In this document: piece by piece, positions 58,151 through 64,000 of the stretch
Layout of the letters: each line of letters begins with the position of its first letter
How positions within the stretch are numbered: the first letter of the stretch is position 1
Assembly: GCA_965228475.1 (NCBI GenBank)
Contig: OZ245817.1
Location: forward strand, 4,000,001 to 4,064,000
From: Myxococcota bacterium
Lineage (GTDB): Bacteria > Myxococcota_A > UBA9160 > JAFDDA01
Length of the DNA: 64,000 bases
Direction: 5' to 3'
Position numbers and translations under genes: made by a program
The notes under the pieces: model-generated
Databases searched by the model: none
Told to the model about the DNA's origin: nothing
Seen by the model: the letters and a program-made list of their open reading frames with translations, nothing else

Positions 58151-59515
58151 TTACTTCCGCGGGCGCTTGCGCGCGCGCCAGCCTTCGATGTTCTTCTGCT
58201 TGGCCCGCGCGACGGCGAGCGAATCTTCCGGAACGGACTGCGTGACCGTCGATCCGGCCGCCACGACGGCGCCGTCCTCGAGCGTCACCGGCGCCACCAG
58301 GTTGGCGTTGCAGCCGACCTTCACCTGGCTCCCGACCGTCGTGCGGTGCTTCTCGTCCCAGTCGTAGTTCACGGTGATGGCGCCGCAGCCGAAGCTCGAG
58401 CCCGGCCCGACGTCCGCATCCCCGACGTAGGCCAGGTGGTCGACCTTCACGCCCTCCGCGAACTTCGAGTTCTTCACCTCGACGAAGTTGCCGACCCGGC
58501 AACCATCGCCGAGCTCGCAATCCGGCCGCAGGTGGGCGGAGGGCCCGACGACGACCTCGTCCCCGAGCCGCGAGTCCTCGATCGTGCAGTGCGGCTTGAT
58601 GTGGCAGCCCTCGCCGATCACGCTCCGGCCCGTGATCACGCAGCCCGGCTCGACGAGCGTGTCCCGCCCGATCTCGACCTCGACGTCGATGTAGGTGTTC
58701 GCGGGGTCGACGATCGAGACGCCCTCCGCCATGAGCGCTTCGCACTTGCGGCGGCGCGCCACGGCGCCGGCGGCGGCGAGCTCCGCCCGGGTGTTCACGC
58801 CGAGGCAATCCTCCGCGCTCTCGAGCTTCAGCGCTTCGACGCGCATGCCCTCGGCGCTCGCGAAGCCGACGACGTCGGTCAGATAGATCTCGCCCTGTGC
58901 GTTGCGGTCGTCCACCTGGGCCAGTGCCTTCCAGAGAAGCTCGGGCTTCATCAGATAGACACCGGTATTGCCCTCCTGGATCTCCGCTTCTTCGGGCGTG
59001 GCGTCCGTGAGCTCGACGATCCGGTCGACGCGCCCGTCCGGCCCGCGCACGACCACGCCCGGGAGCTGCTCCGGCGAGGTCAGCATCACGAGGTCCGCCC
59101 CCGCGGCGAACATCGCGGCCATCTCGCGCAGGGATTCGAGGCGGATCAGCGGCGTGTCGCCGTAGAGGACGAGTATGGCGTCGGTCGCGTCGGCCAGGGC
59201 GTCCTGGGCGCACAGCACCGCGTGGCCCGTCCCGTTCTGGGGCTCCTGGAGGACGAAGCGCGCCTGGCCCTCGAGGGCGGCCTGGACGTCCTCGGCGTCG
59301 CGCCCCACCACGACCACCGGCTCGCGGGGCGAGAGCTCCCGGGCCAGGGCCACGGGGAAGCCCACCATGGGCCGGCCGGCCAGCTCGTGCAGGACCTTCG
59401 AGCGCCGCGACTTCATGCGCGTGCCCTTGCCTGCCGCGAGGATCACGACGGAGACGTCGAGCCCCCCGGAGGCGCTCGGGTTTCCGGAACCGGCGTTGTC
59501 GCTTGCGCTGCCCAT
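58151..59515 (-). CDS. glmU: Bifunctional GlmU
   Basis: ILAAGKGTRMKS, LYGDTP, EIYLTD, hexapeptide repeats, GNFVEVK. Confidence 0.97.
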   Translation of the reverse strand: MGSASDNAGSGNPSASGGLDVSVVILAAGKGTRMKSRRSKVLHELAGRPMVGFPVALARELSPREPVVVVGRDAEDVQAALEGQARFVLQEPQNGTGHAVLCAQDALADATDAILVLYGDTPLIRLESLREMAAMFAAGADLVMLTSPEQLPGVVVRGPDGRVDRIVELTDATPEEAEIQEGNTGVYLMKPELLWKALAQVDDRNAQGEIYLTDVVGFASAEGMRVEALKLESAEDCLGVNTRAELAAAGAVARRRKCEALMAEGVSIVDPANTYIDVEVEIGRDTLVEPGCVITGRSVIGEGCHIKPHCTIEDSRLGDEVVVGPSAHLRPDCELGDGCRVGNFVEVKNSKFAEGVKVDHLAYVGDADVGPGSSFGCGAITVNYDWDEKHRTTVGSQVKVGCNANLVAPVTLEDGAVVAAGSTVTQSVPEDSLAVARAKQKNIEGWRARKRPRK

Positions 59516-59785
59516 GGACTCCTTCTCATCGGCCCGAAACCGGCCGACCTTCGGGTCCTTCGGGCCAGTGAGTGGTGCGAAGGACCGGGTAGGTTACCTG
59601 CGCTCTCCGCCCTTCGTAAGGATTTGGGGCCGGTCTCCGGGGAACCCCTGATCCCCGCGGGGACCGGCCGCCGGGGGTGCTTTCCCTTGCCCGGGGCGGT
59701 GCCTAACATGGCCAAAGCGCCCCGCGCCGCCCCGCCCGCGCCCATCCAGCCGCTCGGCCCGCACGGGCCATCGAAGGAGCCCACC

Positions 59786-61495
59786 ATCCAGGTCTTCGGC
59801 AACACCCAGGGTCTCAAGGCCAGCCAGGCCCGTGCCCTCGAACGCCTCTATCGCCGCCGCCTTCCCGCGGAACGCATCCTCACCCAGGAGATCGCTCGCG
59901 AGCTGACCGAGCTCTCGCACGAGATCCGCCGGGTGGTCGGGATCCTCGCGGACCGCCGCGGCGAGGTCACCCACGTCATGGTGGGCGACGCCCAGGGCAT
60001 CGAGCTGCCGGACTGGGGACGTCTGCGCGCCGGCCGCGGCCGGCTCCGCGGTCTGCGCTGCATCCACACGACGCTCGGGGGCGAAGAGCTCTCGCGCGAC
60101 GACCTGACCGACCTCGCGTGCCTGCGTCTCGATGCGATGGTGACCGTCGCGCTCGACGGCGACGGCCTGCCGACGCTCGCCCACGTCGCCACGCTCAAGC
60201 CGGCCGGGAGCGAAGGCGACGGCATCGACCGCCTCGAGCCGACCCCGCCCGCGCGCCTCGACACCGACTTCCGCGACTGGATGCGCGCCCTCGAAGAGGA
60301 GCTCGCGCGCTCGACGAAGGCGAAGGAGGTCGGCGAGGGCGAGCGCGCGATCCTGGTCTCGGTGCAGTCGCGCCGTCGGGCGAAGGACAAGAACGAAGAG
60401 GACTACCTCGACGGCGACGCCGTCATCGCGGAGCTCGAAGAGCTCGCGCGCTCGGCGGGCGTCACCGTCGTCGACCGCATCGTGCAGCATCGCCAGCGGC
60501 CGGACCCGAAGACCCACCTCGGCTCGGGCCGCCTGCGCGACCTCGTGATCCACGCCTTCCAGGAAGACGTGGACCTCGTGATCTTCGATTCGGACCTCAC
60601 GCCGACCCAGGCGCGCAACCTCGCGGACCGCATGGAGCTGCGCGTCATCGACCGCACCCAGCTGATCCTCGACATCTTCGCCCAGCGCGCCCAGAGCCGG
60701 GACGGCAAGCTCCAGGTCGAGCTCGCGCAGCTCAAGTACCGCATGCCGCGCCTCGCCCAGCGCGCGGACGTTTCGCTCTCGCGCCTGGCCGGCGGGATCG
60801 GCGGACGCGGCCCGGGTGAGACGAAGCTCGAGGTCGACCGCCGGCGCGTGCGGGACCGCATCGCGCGCTTGGAACGGGAGTTGCAAAAGCTCCGCAAGGA
60901 ACGCGCAGGCCGCCGCCAGCGCCGGCGCCGCCAGGGCCTGCCGGTGCTGTCCATCGTCGGCTACACGAACGCAGGAAAGAGCACGCTGTTACGAGCACTT
61001 ACCAAGACCGAGGCCCACGTCGAGGACCGCCTGTTCGCGACCCTCGATCCGAGCTCGCGCCGCCTCCGCTTCCCCCAGGACCGTGACGTCATCATCACGG
61101 ACACGGTCGGATTCATCCGGGATCTGCCGACGGACCTGGTCGAGGCCTTCCGCGCGACCCTCGAGGAGCTCTCCGAGGCCGACCTCTTCCTCCACGTGGT
61201 CGACGCCGCGACGCCGGAGGCCGAGCGCCGCATGGCCGCCGTCCACAAAGTGCTCGACGAAATGGAACTGCGAGGCACGCCGGAGCTTCTGGTGTTGAAC
61301 CAGATCGATCGCCTGCCGCCCGGCGAAGGACAGGCCCTGGCCGAGCGGCTCGGCGGCGTCGCCGCCAGCGCGATCACGCGAGAAGGGCTCGCGGAGGTGC
61401 TCGACCGCGCCGCCGCCGTGCTCTTCGCCGAAGAAGCGCCGCAGAACGCACACGACCGGAGACGGCTCGCGGCCGTCTCCTCCGGGGGGAACTGA
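59786..61495 (+). CDS. hflX: GTPase HflX, long form (start ATC at 59786, or ATG at 59708)
   Basis: FGNTQGLK N-terminal extension; [41 protein letters not shown]. Confidence 0.95.
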   Translation: MQVFGNTQGLKASQARALERLYRRRLPAERILTQEIARELTELSHEIRRVVGILADRRGEVTHVMVGDAQGIELPDWGRLRAGRGRLRGLRCIHTTLGGEELSRDDLTDLACLRLDAMVTVALDGDGLPTLAHVATLKPAGSEGDGIDRLEPTPPARLDTDFRDWMRALEEELARSTKAKEVGEGERAILVSVQSRRRAKDKNEEDYLDGDAVIAELEELARSAGVTVVDRIVQHRQRPDPKTHLGSGRLRDLVIHAFQEDVDLVIFDSDLTPTQARNLADRMELRVIDRTQLILDIFAQRAQSRDGKLQVELAQLKYRMPRLAQRADVSLSRLAGGIGGRGPGETKLEVDRRRVRDRIARLERELQKLRKERAGRRQRRRRQGLPVLSIVGYTNAGKSTLLRALTKTEAHVEDRLFATLDPSSRRLRFPQDRDVIITDTVGFIRDLPTDLVEAFRATLEELSEADLFLHVVDAATPEAERRMAAVHKVLDEMELRGTPELLVLNQIDRLPPGEGQALAERLGGVAASAITREGLAEVLDRAAAVLFAEEAPQNAHDRRRLAAVSSGGN

Positions 61496-61497
61496 AG

Positions 61498-62508
61498 ATG
61501 GCCGGGATTCGCCGATCGAAGATTGCAGGGACCGGGATGTACGTGCCGGACCGCGTCGTCACGAACCACGATCTCACGCAGTGGATGGACACGAGCGACG
61601 AGTGGATCCAGCAGCGCAGCGGCATCGTCGAGCGCCGCTGGATCGAGGAGGGCCAGACGCCGGCGGACCTCGCCGAGGAGGCGACCAAGAACGCCCTCGA
61701 GAACGCCGGCCTCGACGCGAGCGACATCGATTGCATCGTGCTCGCGACGCTCTCGCCCGAGCACCACTTCCCGGGCACGGCCTTCTTCCTGCAGTCGCGC
61801 CTCGACTTCGGCGACGCGCCCTGCTTCGACGTCCACGCCCAGTGCAGCGGGTTCCTGTTCAGCCTGACGACGGCGGATTCCTTCATCCGCGCCGGCCAGT
61901 TCGACCGCGTGCTCGTGGTGGGCTGCGAGGTCCACAGCACCGGCCTCGAGCTCGCCGACCGCGGGCGCGACGTCTCGGTCCTGTTCGGCGACGGCGCAGG
62001 GGCGGTCATCCTCGAGGCCAACGAGGACGAGAGCGATCCGGCCGGGATGATCGAGAGCCGCATGCACGCCGAGGGCGAGCACGCCAAGCGGCTGTGGGTC
62101 GAAGGCCCGGCCTCGGCGCAGAATCCTCGGCTCACGCCGGAGATGTTCGAGAACGGAGCGATCTTCCCGCACATGGAAGGCCGGTTCGTCTTCAAGCACG
62201 CCGTGACGCGCATGCCCCAGGTTCTTCAGCAGGCGCTCAGCGCCGCGAGCCTCAAGCTCGACGACGTCGATCACTTCCTCTTCCACCAGGCGAACTTGCG
62301 GATCAACGAGTTCGTCGCGAAGGGGCTCGAGCTGCCCGCAGAAAAGTGCCCGAGCAACATCCAGAAGTTCGGCAACTGTTCAGCCGCCTCGATCCCGATG
62401 CTGCTCGACGAGTGCCGCCGGGACGGCCGCATCCAGCCCGGCCACGTCGTGGCGATGACCGGCTTCGGCTCCGGCTTCACCTGGGGCAGCGCGATCGTCC
62501 GGCTCTAG
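61498..62508 (+). CDS. fabH: 3-oxoacyl-ACP synthase III
   Basis: DTSDEWI, AQCSGF, LFGDGAGA, HQANLRI, GNCSAASIP. Confidence 0.92.
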   Translation: MAGIRRSKIAGTGMYVPDRVVTNHDLTQWMDTSDEWIQQRSGIVERRWIEEGQTPADLAEEATKNALENAGLDASDIDCIVLATLSPEHHFPGTAFFLQSRLDFGDAPCFDVHAQCSGFLFSLTTADSFIRAGQFDRVLVVGCEVHSTGLELADRGRDVSVLFGDGAGAVILEANEDESDPAGMIESRMHAEGEHAKRLWVEGPASAQNPRLTPEMFENGAIFPHMEGRFVFKHAVTRMPQVLQQALSAASLKLDDVDHFLFHQANLRINEFVAKGLELPAEKCPSNIQKFGNCSAASIPMLLDECRRDGRIQPGHVVAMTGFGSGFTWGSAIVRL

Positions 62509-62570
62509 AGCCGCACCCTGACCGCGAGCGAGGTTGACGCTGCCGCGGCTTCGGTGATATCGCAGGGACC

Positions 62571-63809
62571 ATGATGCGACGAATCGTGGTCACGGGGCTC
62601 GCTTCCATCGTGCTCGTCGGCGTGCTGCTGGCGGTGACCCAGCCGCGCGCCGTGCGGCGGGCCGTCTTCATGGGGACGATGTTCCAGGGCGTCGACATGA
62701 CGGACGAGTTCGCGGACATGGCGTCGCTCTTCCCGACGCACCCCGTCCGCACCACGCGGCCCGAGCCGCTCCCTACGGCCGCAACACGGCTCGAGCTTCC
62801 CGAAACCTACGATTGGAACGGCGAGCCCGCCGACCTCCGGGCGTTCCTCGAAGGAACGGACACGAGCGGGCTGCTGGTGCTCGTCGATGGCGAGATCGTC
62901 CACGAGGAGTACCGGCTGACCTCGGGCCCCGAGGTCACCTGGATTTCCTGGTCCGTCGCGAAGAGCTTCATCTCCGCGCTGGTCGGGATCGCCCTCGCCG
63001 AGGGCCGCTTCGAGAGCGTCGAAGAGCCCATCACGAAGTACGTGCCGGAGCTCGCCGGCTCGGCCTACGACGGCGTGCGCATCAAGGACGTCCTGCAGAT
63101 GTCGAGCGGTGCACGCTGGAACGAGGACTACGGCAGCCCGACGAGCGACATCACGCGATTCGGCGCGGCGATCGTCTTCGGCGGTTCCCAGGACGACTTC
63201 AGCGCCAGTCTCGAGCGCGAGTTCGAGCCGGGCACCTACAACCGCTACAACAGCACGGACACCCAGGCCCTCGGCATGCTGCTCGTCCGCATCACGGGCC
63301 AGACCATCGCCGAGTACATGGAAGCCAGGCTCTGGCAGCCGCTCGGCATGGAGCAGGACGCCTACTGGATCACCGACGACCCGGGCATGGAGCTCGCCTT
63401 CGGCGGCCTGAACGCGACCCTCCGCGACTACGCCCGCTTCGGCGAGCTCTACCGCCGCGGCGGCGAATGGAACGGGAAGCAGGTCGTTCCCGCCGATTGG
63501 GTGCGCGCCTCGGTCACCGCCGACGCGCCGCACCTCCAGCCCGGCGAGAACCCGCTCTCCGGGTGGGTGCTCGGCTACGGCTACCAGTGGTGGCTCCCCG
63601 AGACCGACGAAGGCGAGTTCTCGGCCATCGGCGTCTACAACCAGTTCGTGTACGTGAACCCGGCCCGGGGCGTCGTGATCGCCAAGACCTCGGCGAACCG
63701 GGCCTACGGCAAGGACGAATCGACGGACCGGGAGATGGAGACCTTCGCCGCCTTCCACGCCATCGCCGAGCGCGCGGCGCCGCGCCGGGACGGAGCCGCC
63801 GCGCGCTGA
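62571..63809 (+). CDS. Serine hydrolase, beta-lactamase class C/NylB-like
   Basis: SxxK (WSVAKS), YNS, LLVL, GYGYQWW; N-terminal anchor. Confidence 0.9.
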   Translation: MMRRIVVTGLASIVLVGVLLAVTQPRAVRRAVFMGTMFQGVDMTDEFADMASLFPTHPVRTTRPEPLPTAATRLELPETYDWNGEPADLRAFLEGTDTSGLLVLVDGEIVHEEYRLTSGPEVTWISWSVAKSFISALVGIALAEGRFESVEEPITKYVPELAGSAYDGVRIKDVLQMSSGARWNEDYGSPTSDITRFGAAIVFGGSQDDFSASLEREFEPGTYNRYNSTDTQALGMLLVRITGQTIAEYMEARLWQPLGMEQDAYWITDDPGMELAFGGLNATLRDYARFGELYRRGGEWNGKQVVPADWVRASVTADAPHLQPGENPLSGWVLGYGYQWWLPETDEGEFSAIGVYNQFVYVNPARGVVIAKTSANRAYGKDESTDREMETFAAFHAIAERAAPRRDGAAAR

Positions 63810-63819
63810 TCCCGGCCCG

Positions 63820-64000
63820 CTAGTCGAGCGGAAGGATGATGTTGCGGAGCTTCCAGGAGAGCCCGTACCGCGCGAGCACGAAGTGGAGTTCTTCGCCGTC
63901 CTCGGTCGGGACGTAGATCGAGAACCGGTCGAAGGAGTCGCGCTGGTGGCGGGCGTTCGCGAAGAGCTCGGGCTCGTCTTCCTCGCCGGCGCTCCCGGTG
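63820..64000 (-). CDS. 3' end of a DUF2939-like protein (partial)
   Basis: Translated by hand: ...FDRFSIYVPTEDGEELHFVLARYGLSWKLRNIILPLD*. Confidence 0.55.
   Translation of the reverse strand, partial: TGSAGEEDEPELFANARHQRDSFDRFSIYVPTEDGEELHFVLARYGLSWKLRNIILPLD

Noticed and set aside
55280..61495. 2071-aa HflX fusion
   Set aside because: The first ~1500 codons are the antisense frame of glmS, glmU and the upstream ORF
62571..63809. True beta-lactamase resistance gene
   Set aside because: SxxK and YxS without a KTG at the canonical position fit the broad NylB/esterase-like group

Overview
A high-GC bacterial chromosomal window, mostly housekeeping. Gene content suggests a Myxococcota/deltaproteobacteria-like organism (inference only). 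I call 59 CDS features, including thyA-folA-hslO, greB, uvrA, arfB, ilvE, mtnA, gatCAB, a DEAD-box helicase, larE, ddl, pcrA/uvrD, glmU-glmS, hflX and fabH, plus secreted proteins (quinohemoprotein PQQ dehydrogenase, OmpA lipoprotein, S8 protease with four C-terminal repeats). I saw no rRNA, tRNA, CRISPR array or transposase. Most notable: (1) a standalone 62-aa bacterial histone of the Bdellovibrio Bd0055 type (14547-14735), divergent from a TerB-like gene with an IF1-like N-terminal helix; (2) a promoter, 46-aa leader ORF and terminator in front of an RND efflux gene, suggesting attenuation; (3) a ~360-bp nested palindromic element before uvrA, followed by a promoter resembling the WYL/PafBC-activated type; (4) a probable AUC start codon for hflX; (5) repeated leaderless-mRNA signatures; (6) a tandem pair of secreted TSP3/dockerin-like paralogues with divergent C-termini and a visible GC drop. 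All family assignments come from motif recognition, not database searches.
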